Source: an uncultured bacterium
GTDB lineage: Bacteria; Krumholzibacteriota; Krumholzibacteriia; Krumholzibacteriales; Krumholzibacteriaceae
Length of the DNA: 64,000 nt
Direction: 5' to 3'
Assembly (NCBI GenBank): GCA_964457905.1
Contig: CAYWGA010000003.1
Span: forward strand, 684 to 64,683
The notes under the pieces were generated by a model. The model ran no database searches. It saw only the letters and a list, made by a program, of their open reading frames with translations, and was not told where the DNA came from. Within the stretch, counting starts at the first letter, position 1. Every line of letters starts with the position of its first letter. Positions 49,179 through 59,075 of the stretch are shown here, in pieces. The translations under genes were made by a program, and so were the position numbers.

Positions 49179-50547
49179 AATAGAAGGAGGAGTAGTGATT
49201 TCCATTCGTTGGGTCAAAATTCTCTTGTTATTTGCCGTTCTGGCTGTCGGTCTCTTTGGTTCAGCCAGGGCACAGAGCGAAATAGATACGATGGTACTTG
49301 TACCCCAGGCGCCCGATTCGTTCTATGTTGAGAGGCGCGGTTCGGATATCGTCATCGGCTGGTATCCTCCTCCTGACAGCACGGGAAAAGTCATCGGCTC
49401 GAGGGACTTTACTAACTGGTACGGCCAGCATACTTCAGGAGATGGAGTCGATATATCCTTCGCCGGCTTCTATTCTAATGGCTGGGTCGACAGGCAGGTG
49501 CTCGTTGAAAAATTTGACAGGCTGACCTATGAGGTCGGAGTCACACCGAGTATTCCTCTGAGGATATCCACCGTGGATATGTTTGACAGGACCTACGAGA
49601 AGATCATCAACATCGGCGTGGATAATGGCCCCGATTTTGAAGATTACACTCCGGGAGACCCTATCGAGATGACTCTCGAGCAGATCGGACTTCCGCCCGG
49701 TACGGAGCCCGATGTGCTCGAGCTGGGATTCAATATTCATTTCAGTGCCGGCCTGATCGATACGAGCCAGTACGGACAGGCAGCGGAGTTCCGTCTTGAC
49801 GTTCAGGATTTCACGGGATTCCACGTATGGCGTGGACTGACGCCTTACCCGAGCGACATGCAGGCAATAGTCGAGCTCGATAAAGAGGATTACTTCAAGG
49901 TGTCGGATATCGAAGGTCTCGAGGATGTGCCCGAGAAATGGAAGTGGCTCTGGGAGTACTTCAATGACAATATTACGGGCGCCTGGCCGAAGCTGGACGG
50001 ACAGGGCCGCTGGTACTACGAGTGGATAGACAAAAACGCATTTGCGGGATTCACCTATTACTATAATGTGACGACCTATGACAGGGGATATTTCAAGGGA
50101 TTCAACACCCACAACAAGCAGGATAACTTCATCTGTGATGAGGACATTGAGAATCCCGAGACCCCGGGATTCCCGGTCGACTGTGATTCGATGAGTATCG
50201 CGTTCGAGATGTCTGTCGATACTGGAACGGATATGAACAGTATATACGCTGTGCCGAATCCTTACCGAACAGGGACTTCGGAACAGACGACGTCTTACTA
50301 TCACAACTATCCGGACAATTCGATCAAGTTTTTCAATATGCCCAACGAGTCGCAGATCAAGATATATACGGTATCGGGTGATCTCGTATGGGAGGGCTCG
50401 CACTACAGCGAGGACGGCTCGGACGGTATTCTGAGCTGGGACGTGACGAACAGGGGCGGAGTGGATGTCGGATCTGGAGTCTACGTATTCCGGGTGGAAG
50501 CTCCGAACGGTGACGATGTCTATGGCAGGATCGTGGTAATCCGCTGA
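49171..50547 (+). CDS. secreted Fn3-like protein with T9SS-type C-terminal domain, hypothetical. Alternative GTG start at 49195 after GGAGG.
   Basis: Signal peptide (ILLLFAVLAVGLFGSARA). W-Y-P-P-P-D Fn3-like motif. C-terminal block YAVPNPYR ... SGVYVFRV. Confidence 0.55.
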   Translation: MNRIEGGVVISIRWVKILLLFAVLAVGLFGSARAQSEIDTMVLVPQAPDSFYVERRGSDIVIGWYPPPDSTGKVIGSRDFTNWYGQHTSGDGVDISFAGFYSNGWVDRQVLVEKFDRLTYEVGVTPSIPLRISTVDMFDRTYEKIINIGVDNGPDFEDYTPGDPIEMTLEQIGLPPGTEPDVLELGFNIHFSAGLIDTSQYGQAAEFRLDVQDFTGFHVWRGLTPYPSDMQAIVELDKEDYFKVSDIEGLEDVPEKWKWLWEYFNDNITGAWPKLDGQGRWYYEWIDKNAFAGFTYYYNVTTYDRGYFKGFNTHNKQDNFICDEDIENPETPGFPVDCDSMSIAFEMSVDTGTDMNSIYAVPNPYRTGTSEQTTSYYHNYPDNSIKFFNMPNESQIKIYTVSGDLVWEGSHYSEDGSDGILSWDVTNRGGVDVGSGVYVFRVEAPNGDDVYGRIVVIR

Positions 50548-50570
50548 TCCGGGCCATTTCGGAAGGTATG

Positions 50571-50604
50571 ATGACCGCTCCGTTTACGGGGCGGTCATTT
50601 TTTT
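50571..50604 (+). terminator. rho-independent terminator ending the four-gene secreted-protein block
   Basis: Stem ATGACCGC/GCGGTCAT with a 12-nt loop, followed by TTTTTTTCGTTTTT. Confidence 0.65.
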
Positions 50605-50707
50605 CGTTTTTCGTGATTGCAGGAAGACAGGCCGGGGGGTTGACATCCCGTGTTCTTTCATTCAGAATCCGGTCCGGAACGATACGGTTTAAACGCTGGG
50701 CCTACAG

Positions 50708-51637
50708 GTGGTGACCATGTTAAGGACGAACAAGCAGTATCTTGTTGAGAAAGCAGTTGCCGGGAAGATCTCCAGCCCGAGGATCCCCCTGAAGAATCCA
50801 TGGCTCATCGATCCCGGCGGAATACCGCATGTGATGCCCGGTACGGGAGGGATCACGTACAACGTATCTGTTGGTGACTCGGCGCTTGATTTTGTGGGGG
50901 ACCATATAGAGCCCGGGGTCAGTGTGACCCTGAAGAGTTCCGAGGCGGAGAGAAGTGTTCTGGGCGGCCTCAGTATCCTGACCTGCATCGGGAACGAAGC
51001 GATGGTCATGTCCGGCCCGGCTGCCGGCAAGAAGGGGATAGTCACCGGAAAGCACGGCGGTGTTGAACATGTGATCATCGATTTCGCCCGAACAATACTC
51101 GACAAGCTCGCGATCGGAGATACTATACAGATCAGGTCACAGGGCCAGGGACTTGAACTGAAGGACTATCCCGATGTGCACGTCATGAATATCGATCCGG
51201 GTCTTCTCGGAAAGCTCGGAATAACCAACCGGAACAAACAGATGATCATTCCTGTCACGCACGTCATACCGGCCTCGATAATGGGTTCGGGTCTCGGCTC
51301 AAGACACAGTTACAGCGGTGATTATGATATTCAGCTGGGGGAGAAGGAAACGATAAGAAAATTCGGGCTGCAGAACCTGCGGATAGGTGATGTGGTAGCG
51401 ATAAACGATGCGGACTGCAGGTACGGCAGGACTATCAGGTCCGGCGCGACGAGCATAGGCGTTATCGTGCATGGAGCCTGTATAACGAGCGGGCACGGTC
51501 CCGGAGTGACCGTTCTTATGACTACCGTGGAAAAGCTTATTGTACCCAAGTTAGAGGAGGGCGCGAATATTTCGATATACCTGGGAATCGGCCGGGAGAA
51601 GAAGAACAAGCGTCCTCGAAGCAGGAAAAGACACTGA
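50708..51637 (+). CDS. conserved hypothetical protein (DUF4438-like, about 300 aa) with Lys/Arg-rich tail
   Basis: Cytoplasmic, no signal peptide, Gly-rich beta-type repeats. The assignment to DUF4438 is from memory of family size and composition only. Confidence 0.45.
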   Translation: MVTMLRTNKQYLVEKAVAGKISSPRIPLKNPWLIDPGGIPHVMPGTGGITYNVSVGDSALDFVGDHIEPGVSVTLKSSEAERSVLGGLSILTCIGNEAMVMSGPAAGKKGIVTGKHGGVEHVIIDFARTILDKLAIGDTIQIRSQGQGLELKDYPDVHVMNIDPGLLGKLGITNRNKQMIIPVTHVIPASIMGSGLGSRHSYSGDYDIQLGEKETIRKFGLQNLRIGDVVAINDADCRYGRTIRSGATSIGVIVHGACITSGHGPGVTVLMTTVEKLIVPKLEEGANISIYLGIGREKKNKRPRSRKRH

Positions 51638-51655
51638 CACAGGAGGTGCCGTTCG

Positions 51656-52201
51656 ATGCCGCAGTGGAAGGAAATACTGCCGGAACTGGACTGGATCGCG
51701 GACAGCGATCTGAGGGATCTTGTCGAGAAAGTATGGGAAGATGCCTTTCAGCTGGGTGGATGGGAGGATGGCGATCTCGATTCGATCCCGTTTACCCTTC
51801 TTGTCCCGGACACGGACATCAACCTTTTCGACCATACGAGGATAGTCACGCATCTGGCCAGGCAGATCGCCGGGCCGCTGAAGGAGATGCAGGGCCTGGA
51901 CATCAATGACGACTATCTCATCGCGGGTGCCCTTCTGCACGATGTGGGCAAACTGCTCGAATACGAGAAAAAAGATGGCAAGGTCGTCGTTGCCAGGAGC
52001 GGCAGGCTTCTGCGCCACCCGCTGTCCGGCATGGGCCTGACTGTCAAGTGGGGCCTCCCCGAGGATATCAGCCACTCGATAGCGGTCCATTCGCGGGAGG
52101 GTGAGAGGTCGCCCCGCAGCGTGGAGGCTACCGTCATCCATCACGCTGACTTCATAATGTTCCATACGTTCAAGAGCAAGAGGGAATTCCCCGACATCTG
52201 A
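51656..52201 (+). CDS. HD-domain phosphohydrolase (181 aa)
   Basis: H ... HD(V)GK ... H ... D pattern (ALLHDVGK). Confidence 0.6.
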   Translation: MPQWKEILPELDWIADSDLRDLVEKVWEDAFQLGGWEDGDLDSIPFTLLVPDTDINLFDHTRIVTHLARQIAGPLKEMQGLDINDDYLIAGALLHDVGKLLEYEKKDGKVVVARSGRLLRHPLSGMGLTVKWGLPEDISHSIAVHSREGERSPRSVEATVIHHADFIMFHTFKSKREFPDI

Positions 52202-52211
52202 CAGGGGAGCG

Positions 52212-53939
52212 ATGCGCATTTACAACAGGCTCACAGCGGGCTCGATCATCTTTGCAGCCGCGTTGACGGCTTTATCACCGGGCATCGATCCGGGAAACGC
52301 CGCCGGCCGTGCGGAGTACGGTAAGGGACTCGAACGGGTCCTGCAGACAATCAATCAGGATGAGACAGTTCCCGTGTGGATCTTCTTTGCCGCAGCCTCT
52401 GACAAGGCCGCGGCTTTTTCACACCGGGCCTCTGGCAGGATTCTGAAACGAGGCATGACCGGAGGCGCCCTCCGCCCGCCGGGGCGTGCTTCGGTCGAAT
52501 CGGTCATTCCGTTTGTCGAGCGCATCAGGCACAGTTCCTCGTATTTCAACGCCGTCAGCGCTGATGTAAAGGCTGAGATGATCCCTGAGATCCTTGCGCT
52601 GGATGGAGTGGTGAAGGTCGATATTGTAAGGACCTACAGGCGCGGAAGGGATCCGGAACCCACCACTTATGATGATCTAGCCCCGCGAGCTCCTGCGAGC
52701 CCCCAGATCGGGATCTACGGAGACAGTTTCAACCAGCTCTATATGATAGAAGCGGTCGATCTTCTCGAGATGGGATACAACGGTTCGGGCGATTCAGGCT
52801 CGGCAGGCCAGGTCATGATCGGGATACTCGACAGCGGTTTTCTTCTCGACCACTACGCCTTTGATCGCCTCGATGTCCATGCGCAGTGGGATTTCGTCAA
52901 TGATGATCCCGTAGCGGAGAATGAACCTGGGGACAACCCCGAGCAGGACAGGCACGGCACCCTCGTGCTCGGAACGATCGCCGGATACGGGGAGGGCGAG
53001 CTGATAGGGCCTGCCTGGGGGGCGGTCTACCTTCTCGCGAAGACCGAGATCATCGGTGAGGAGATAGAGGTAGAGGAGGATAACTGGATCGCCGGACTGG
53101 AGTGGTGCGACAGTATCGGGGCGGATATAGTGACGAGTTCGCTCGGGTACGTGCTCTGGTACGAAGAGGATGATCTCGACGGGGAGATAGCACTCTGTAC
53201 AATCGCCGCGAACAGGGCCGCTTCCAGAGGCATCATCGTCTGCAATGCCATAGGTAATTACGGCTGGAACGGACCGACATCACTGATAGCTCCTTCCGAT
53301 GCCGACAGTGTGATCGCCGTCGGCGGCGTATACGCCGATGGAAGCCTCTGGGGATCGAGTTCAAGGGGACCTACAGCGGACGGCAGGATCAAGCCTGACG
53401 TGATGGCCCAGGGGGCAGCTGTATTGAGCGTTGCCTGGCCCTTCGATTACGGTTACGGTAATTACAGCGGCACATCTTTCGCGACTCCGCTTGTCGCTGG
53501 ACTGTGCGCACAGATACTCGAGATACACCCCGACTGGACCCCGATACAGATGAGAGACTCCCTCCGGGTCCACGCCTCCAACAGTGAGTCACCGGACAAC
53601 AGCATGGGGTGGGGGATCGCTGCGGGTCTCGCGACGGCAGGTATTCTCCCCGACGGCGCACCCGGCGTTACTTTTTCCAACGGGTACCCGAATCCTTTCG
53701 ACGACTACATATCATTCGACCTCTATTCGAGCAGATGGACCTTTGTAACCGCCCGGATCTACGACCACACGGGCCGGCTGGTCAGGACGCTTCTCGAAGA
53801 GGAATCACTCCTCTTCAGAGCGACTGTCGTCTGGGATGGAACAAACAACTCCGGACGACAGGTTGCCAGCGGGGTCTACTTTGCCGAGTTTGTCTCACCT
53901 CAAGTCAGGTCGGTCCTGAAGATCGTAAGGATGAGGTAA
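52212..53939 (+). CDS. S8 family subtilisin-like serine peptidase with T9SS C-terminal sorting domain
   Basis: Catalytic triad contexts ILDSGF (Asp), HGTLVLG (His) and GTSFATPLVAG (Ser). C-terminal block YPNPFDD ... SGVYFAEF. Confidence 0.8.
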   Translation: MRIYNRLTAGSIIFAAALTALSPGIDPGNAAGRAEYGKGLERVLQTINQDETVPVWIFFAAASDKAAAFSHRASGRILKRGMTGGALRPPGRASVESVIPFVERIRHSSSYFNAVSADVKAEMIPEILALDGVVKVDIVRTYRRGRDPEPTTYDDLAPRAPASPQIGIYGDSFNQLYMIEAVDLLEMGYNGSGDSGSAGQVMIGILDSGFLLDHYAFDRLDVHAQWDFVNDDPVAENEPGDNPEQDRHGTLVLGTIAGYGEGELIGPAWGAVYLLAKTEIIGEEIEVEEDNWIAGLEWCDSIGADIVTSSLGYVLWYEEDDLDGEIALCTIAANRAASRGIIVCNAIGNYGWNGPTSLIAPSDADSVIAVGGVYADGSLWGSSSRGPTADGRIKPDVMAQGAAVLSVAWPFDYGYGNYSGTSFATPLVAGLCAQILEIHPDWTPIQMRDSLRVHASNSESPDNSMGWGIAAGLATAGILPDGAPGVTFSNGYPNPFDDYISFDLYSSRWTFVTARIYDHTGRLVRTLLEEESLLFRATVVWDGTNNSGRQVASGVYFAEFVSPQVRSVLKIVRMR

Positions 53940-54080
53940 ATCAACCTCCTTTTTAATCTTGATAATCCGCGTTCTTTCGGATAAATTCCGAGAGTGTGGA
54001 ATGGAATGATTGTTAAATCGTAATGTGTTGATAATGCTATAGATATGAATACCCCATGATAAAAGCGACAGGAGGTCCTC

Positions 54081-56834
54081 ATGGCTGACAAGCATGTATA
54101 TTACTTCGGAGGCGAGGAAGCCGAAGGCAATGCCGGAATGCGCAACCTTCTCGGCGGCAAGGGAGCCAACTTGGCGGAGATGGCCAGCACGGGCATTCCA
54201 GTCCCTGCAGGATTCACGATCTCTACCGAGGTCTGTGTATCGTTCTACAAAAACGGCGGAAAGTATCCTGACGGGCTCGAAGCAAATGTAGTGTCAGCGA
54301 TCGAAAAAGTTGAGAAGACGATGGGCGCTAAATTCGGCGACGCGTCAGATCCTCTGCTTCTGTCCGTACGTTCGGGTGCCAGGGTGAGCATGCCGGGTAT
54401 GATGGATACGGTCCTGAACCTCGGGCTCAATCTTGAAACGGTCGAAGGGCTGTCTAAGAAGAGCGGCGATGAGCGGTTTGCCTGGGACTGTTTCAGGCGC
54501 TTCGTCCAGATGTACGGCGATGTCGTCCTTGAGATGACGCCGAGCGGCAAGGACGCAAGGGACCCGTTCGAAGAGATCCTGCACGCGAAAAAGGAAGAGG
54601 TCGGTGCCGACCAGGACATGGATCTCAGCGTGGACGACCTCAAGGATCTCGTCGTGCGTTACAAGGCTATGATACTCGAGCAGGCCGGAGTGGAGTTCCC
54701 CGAAGATCCCCGCGAGCAGTTGTGGAACGCGATCGGAGCGGTCTTCAACTCCTGGAACAATGACAGGGCAAATACTTACAGGCGGATCAACGGTATTCCC
54801 GATGACTGGGGCACGGCTGTTAATGTCCAGTCGATGGTATACGGCAACCTCGGAGACGATTCGGGGACCGGTGTGGCATTTACAAGGAATCCGGCGACCG
54901 GCGAGAACCTCTTCTACGGCGAGTACCTGATGAAGGCCCAGGGAGAGGATGTAGTCGCGGGTATCAGGACGCCTCATCCGATAAACATCACCCAGAAGGG
55001 CGATGTCGAGGTCGAATCTCTCGAGGAAGAGATGCCAGAGATCTACGCCGAACTCGACGCGATACGTCTGAAACTCGAGGACCATTACCGGGATATGCAG
55101 GATCTCGAGTTCACGATACAGAACGGACAACTGTGGATCCTCCAGACCAGGGCAGGCAAGAGGACAGGCTTCGCGGCTATCAAGATCGCGATCGACATGG
55201 TCCGCGAGAAGCTCATTACGAAGGAAGAGGCGATCCGAAGGATCGATCCCGAGCAGCTCAACCAGCTTCTCAGGCCGGTATTCGATCCAGGCCAGAAAAA
55301 GAAGGCGACAGAAGAGGGCCGTCTCATGGCAAAGGGGATCAACGCGGGGCCGGGAGCCGCTACGGGCAAGGTAGTGTTCAATGCCGAGGATGCCGAACAG
55401 TGGGCCGCTGACGGAGAAGAAGTGATCCTCGTGAGGATCGAGACCAGCCCTGAGGATATCCGCGGTATGAATGCCGCATCGGGTATCCTTACCTCCGCCG
55501 GTGGATCTACATCCCATGCCGCGCTTGTCGCGAGGCAGATGGGCAAGGTCTGCGTCGTCGGCGCCAGGGAGATAGTGATAGATTACAGGTCGAGAACCCT
55601 CGAATCGGGCGGCACAAAGCTCTCTGAAGGCGATTACATCTCGATCGACGGATCTACCGGTGAAGTGATGGCCGGCATGATCAAGACGAAGCCGTCCGAA
55701 GTGGTCCAGGTCCTTATAGACAAGACTATGGACGCGAAGGATTCGGAGGTCTACCGGGACTATGAGGAACTGACAGGCTGGGCAGACAGCCTCAGGACTA
55801 TGAAGGTCAGGGCCAACGCCGATCGTCCCGATCAGGCTGCCGCTGCCGTCGCCTTCGGTGGTGAGGGGATAGGCCTCTGCCGTACAGAGCACATGTTCTT
55901 CGAAGGCAAGAGGATCGACTGGGTGAGACGCATGATCCTTGCCGCGGACGAGGCGGGAAGAAAAGAGGCCCTCGCGAAGCTGCTCCCGATGCAGCAGGAG
56001 GACTTCCACGGGATATTCGAGGCCATGGGAGAGAGGCCGGTTACCGTACGTACTCTTGATCCGCCGCTTCACGAGTTCCTTCCCCACGAGAAGGAAGATA
56101 TCGATGAGCTGGCCGGCAAGATGGGTGTGGACCCGGGTGTGCTCTCCGACAAGGTCACGTCCCTCAAGGAGGCAAACCCGATGCTCGGCCACAGGGGCTG
56201 CAGGCTCGGGATCGTATACCCTGAGATAACAGAGATGCAGGTAAGGGCGATATTCGAGGCGGCCTGTGACCTGGCGTCAAAAGGAAAGAAAGTATCACCG
56301 GAGATAATGATACCTCTCGTGGGAAGCGCTAAAGAGTTCGAGCTCCAGGAGGAGGTCGTAAGGCGCGTGGCGGCAGAGGTATTCAAGGATCGCGGTGTCG
56401 AGGTAGATTATCTCGTCGGTACGATGATCGAGATCCCGAGGGCGGCACTGACAGCCGATGCCATAGCGGTGAAAGCGGAGTTCTTCTCGTTCGGGACAAA
56501 CGACCTGACCCAGACTACCCTGGGTATCAGCAGGGACGATGCCGGCAAGTTTATCAGCGACTATATCGAAAAGGGTGTCTGGCCCGCCGATCCGTTCCAG
56601 AAACTCGATCAGGAGGGAGTAGGCACCCTGATCAAAATAGGCGTGGAACTGGGCAGGGGAGCCAGGAAGGACCTCAAGGTAGGGATCTGCGGCGAGCACG
56701 GCGGTGAACCATCATCGATAGGATTCTGTCAGAGGACAGGGTTCGATTATGTCAGCTGCTCCCCCTACAGGATCCCGGTTGCGATACTTGCCGCTGCTCA
56801 GGCGGCCCTGGAGGGAGCCGGGGAAGGGAGCTGA
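54081..56834 (+). CDS. ppdK: pyruvate, phosphate dikinase
   Basis: PPDK N-terminal ATP-grasp domain, the central phospho-His domain (GGSTSHAALVAR) and the C-terminal PEP-utilising TIM barrel. GGAGG RBS. Confidence 0.9.
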   Translation: MADKHVYYFGGEEAEGNAGMRNLLGGKGANLAEMASTGIPVPAGFTISTEVCVSFYKNGGKYPDGLEANVVSAIEKVEKTMGAKFGDASDPLLLSVRSGARVSMPGMMDTVLNLGLNLETVEGLSKKSGDERFAWDCFRRFVQMYGDVVLEMTPSGKDARDPFEEILHAKKEEVGADQDMDLSVDDLKDLVVRYKAMILEQAGVEFPEDPREQLWNAIGAVFNSWNNDRANTYRRINGIPDDWGTAVNVQSMVYGNLGDDSGTGVAFTRNPATGENLFYGEYLMKAQGEDVVAGIRTPHPINITQKGDVEVESLEEEMPEIYAELDAIRLKLEDHYRDMQDLEFTIQNGQLWILQTRAGKRTGFAAIKIAIDMVREKLITKEEAIRRIDPEQLNQLLRPVFDPGQKKKATEEGRLMAKGINAGPGAATGKVVFNAEDAEQWAADGEEVILVRIETSPEDIRGMNAASGILTSAGGSTSHAALVARQMGKVCVVGAREIVIDYRSRTLESGGTKLSEGDYISIDGSTGEVMAGMIKTKPSEVVQVLIDKTMDAKDSEVYRDYEELTGWADSLRTMKVRANADRPDQAAAAVAFGGEGIGLCRTEHMFFEGKRIDWVRRMILAADEAGRKEALAKLLPMQQEDFHGIFEAMGERPVTVRTLDPPLHEFLPHEKEDIDELAGKMGVDPGVLSDKVTSLKEANPMLGHRGCRLGIVYPEITEMQVRAIFEAACDLASKGKKVSPEIMIPLVGSAKEFELQEEVVRRVAAEVFKDRGVEVDYLVGTMIEIPRAALTADAIAVKAEFFSFGTNDLTQTTLGISRDDAGKFISDYIEKGVWPADPFQKLDQEGVGTLIKIGVELGRGARKDLKVGICGEHGGEPSSIGFCQRTGFDYVSCSPYRIPVAILAAAQAALEGAGEGS

Positions 56835-56948
56835 CCTATCCGGAGTGGTGACAGGGAAAAGGGGACCCCTGACTGCAGCAGCAGGCTGAAGAGATCGATA
56901 CTCGGTTTCCTCGCGGTTGCGGTCGTCCTGCTGGCAGGCTGTTGTGCG

Positions 56949-57635
56949 GTGCTGGCTCTGGCCGGGATGCCTGAACTCTCGGTCGGCATTGTTCTATGGA
57001 CCGTTCCGGTGATCGGTGTCTTCATCATATTCTCCCTGAGAAATATGCACCTTTTCCGCAGCCCGGATGGCAGCGAAGTCTGCCGTTTCGAGGCAGCGAA
57101 CATTCTTACAGCGATGAGGATATTCCTCGTGCCGCCTGTTCTGGTACTCCTTAATCACGGATATATGATGCCGGGCGCCATTCTCTGGCTGGCTGCCGAA
57201 CTCACCGATGTCGCGGACGGATTCGTCGCGCGCAGGTTCAGGCAGGAGACGGCATTCGGCCTGATGATAGATCCTGTGGGCGATATCATGGCGACGATCG
57301 CGGTGTTTACCTGGCTGTTTATCAGCGGAAGGGTCCCCAGCTGGCTGTTCGCGCTTCTTGTCGCGAGATATGTACAGTTCTTCGCGGGGTTGGCTATCCT
57401 CTCTCTTACTGGCAGACTTCCCAAGCTTCGTGCTACTATTGCGGGCAAGGCGGTCGGAGTCGTGCAGGCATCGATAATACTGTTTTTACTGCTGCGGACG
57501 GCGCTAGGTGATCATCCGCGGCTTGCATCGTACGATTATATACTTTTCCCGGTTCTGGGAGCGGCGTTCCTCTGTGTTATCGTCTCACAGACGGCCATAG
57601 GCCTGAAGGCGGTAAGGAATCACGACGCTTCCTGA
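56949..57635 (+). CDS. CDP-alcohol phosphatidyltransferase family protein
   Basis: D-G-x2-A-R-x8-G-x3-D-x3-D motif (DVADGFVARRFRQETAFGLMIDPVGD). Multi-TM. GTG start. Confidence 0.6.
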   Translation: MLALAGMPELSVGIVLWTVPVIGVFIIFSLRNMHLFRSPDGSEVCRFEAANILTAMRIFLVPPVLVLLNHGYMMPGAILWLAAELTDVADGFVARRFRQETAFGLMIDPVGDIMATIAVFTWLFISGRVPSWLFALLVARYVQFFAGLAILSLTGRLPKLRATIAGKAVGVVQASIILFLLLRTALGDHPRLASYDYILFPVLGAAFLCVIVSQTAIGLKAVRNHDAS

Positions 57636-57642
57636 CAGGAGG

Positions 57643-58140
57643 TTGAAGATGGATCTGGGCGGCGACCTCGCAGTAATGGATCCCGCAATGATATTTCAGG
57701 TGACCGGTATCTGCGGCCTGACCGGGAAGATGAAATTAATCACTATAGACAACGTGGCCAGCTTCTGGTTCAGGGAGGGCGGGCTCCTCTTCGCAACTAT
57801 CGATACAGGAAAGAAGATGATAGGCGAGTTCCTGATCGAGAACGATACGATATCAAGAAAACAGCTCGATGAGGCCCTGGATCAGATAAAGAAGGAAGAT
57901 GGAAAGAAGAGGATTGGGAATATCCTCATCGATCGCGGCTATCTCGAACTGGAAACCCTTGAGAGCGCGATCCATGCGCAGATCAAGGAAGTGGTATACG
58001 AGGTCCTTCCCTGGAACAGCGGGCAGTTCGTCTTCTTCTCGGGAGTAGAGCCTGAGAACGAGGATATCCTGCTCGACATCAGGATGGATCACCTGATACT
58101 CGAAGGACTGAAACGAATAGATGAGGCAGCCAGGGATTGA
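57643..58140 (+). CDS. DUF4388 domain protein
   Basis: Single-domain 165-aa cytoplasmic protein with a DUF4388-like pattern (GxL..I.L.E.LQ...G ... GxI.F..G). Lies 8 nt after the previous gene. Confidence 0.45.
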   Translation: MKMDLGGDLAVMDPAMIFQVTGICGLTGKMKLITIDNVASFWFREGGLLFATIDTGKKMIGEFLIENDTISRKQLDEALDQIKKEDGKKRIGNILIDRGYLELETLESAIHAQIKEVVYEVLPWNSGQFVFFSGVEPENEDILLDIRMDHLILEGLKRIDEAARD

Positions 58141-59075
58141 TAGTGTCCCGAAGCATCCGGCAGTACCTTAATATAATAAGACGGCTGACATCAGTACCAG
58201 CCGCACTCGCCATCCTTTCTGTCGCCGCATCCGCAGACATGCCGGAGCGGTTCGACGGAACGATATCATCCACAAGATCGACAGCGCTGGGCGGGGCATT
58301 CTCTCCGCTCGCCGACGATGTGACCGCGCTGGTAATAAATCCTGCCGGTCTGATCACCACTGGCGGTTTCGCCCTGTACGCCGATTACATGGAGACGGGA
58401 GGCGGAGAAGGGCCGTACGAGGGAAAGCTCTTCGGCGCAGCCGAGCTCTGGGGGATCATATTCGGTGTCGCCGGCTCGAGTAAGAGCTATGAGGACGGCA
58501 CAGTCGAGAGCCAGTTCTCGGGCGGCTTCGCGATTAATATCATGTCCGGAGCGGCAGGGTCGTTCATTTCGATCGGTGGAGCGCTCAGAGCTGGACGGGT
58601 GGCGTTCGACATCGATGATCCGTGTATCCCGTGCGGTGTTCCCGGCGGGAGGTATTCATACAATGCGCTGACCGCCGACCTCGGTATGATGATAAGGCCC
58701 CTTCCTTTTATATCGCTCTCGTTATCCACAGAAAATATATCCGAGACAGGCTTCGGCTCAGGTGACTATTACATCCCGTGGGACAGGACCGTGCGGTACG
58801 GTGTCGCGTGGCTGCACGAGGACAGGTTCACCGTCTCATGGGAGAGCAGGCACATTGGTGACAAGGTGACGAACCATTTCGGGTTCGGCCTGCGGACTGC
58901 TGTTCCTCTCGAGATCATGGCGGGGATGACCTCGGAGTGTGTCTATGGAGGTGCGAGGTGGGACGGCGGGAGATGGAGGGCATCCCTGGTCTTCGGCCAG
59001 GAGGATGAGAACGTCATCACGACTGGCGCCTCGATCGAGATATTCTTCAACCGACCGGCAGGGATATATCAGTGA
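58137..59075 (+). CDS. FadL/PorV/PorQ-like small outer-membrane beta-barrel (second copy in window)
   Basis: Signal peptide. The N-terminal motif ALGGAFSPLADDVTALVINPAGL is equivalent to the FadL/PorV signature in the 17723 gene. Overlaps its neighbour by 4 nt. Confidence 0.5.
   Translation: MIVSRSIRQYLNIIRRLTSVPAALAILSVAASADMPERFDGTISSTRSTALGGAFSPLADDVTALVINPAGLITTGGFALYADYMETGGGEGPYEGKLFGAAELWGIIFGVAGSSKSYEDGTVESQFSGGFAINIMSGAAGSFISIGGALRAGRVAFDIDDPCIPCGVPGGRYSYNALTADLGMMIRPLPFISLSLSTENISETGFGSGDYYIPWDRTVRYGVAWLHEDRFTVSWESRHIGDKVTNHFGFGLRTAVPLEIMAGMTSECVYGGARWDGGRWRASLVFGQEDENVITTGASIEIFFNRPAGIYQ

Noticed and set aside
54345-56192. 615-aa minus-strand ORF
   Set aside because: Antisense shadow of ppdK, whose protein is unambiguous.
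56835-56948. Possible terminator after ppdK
   Set aside because: Only a tiny GGGG-A-CCCC hairpin without a T-run is present. The next gene follows after 114 nt, probably read-through or a separate weak promoter.
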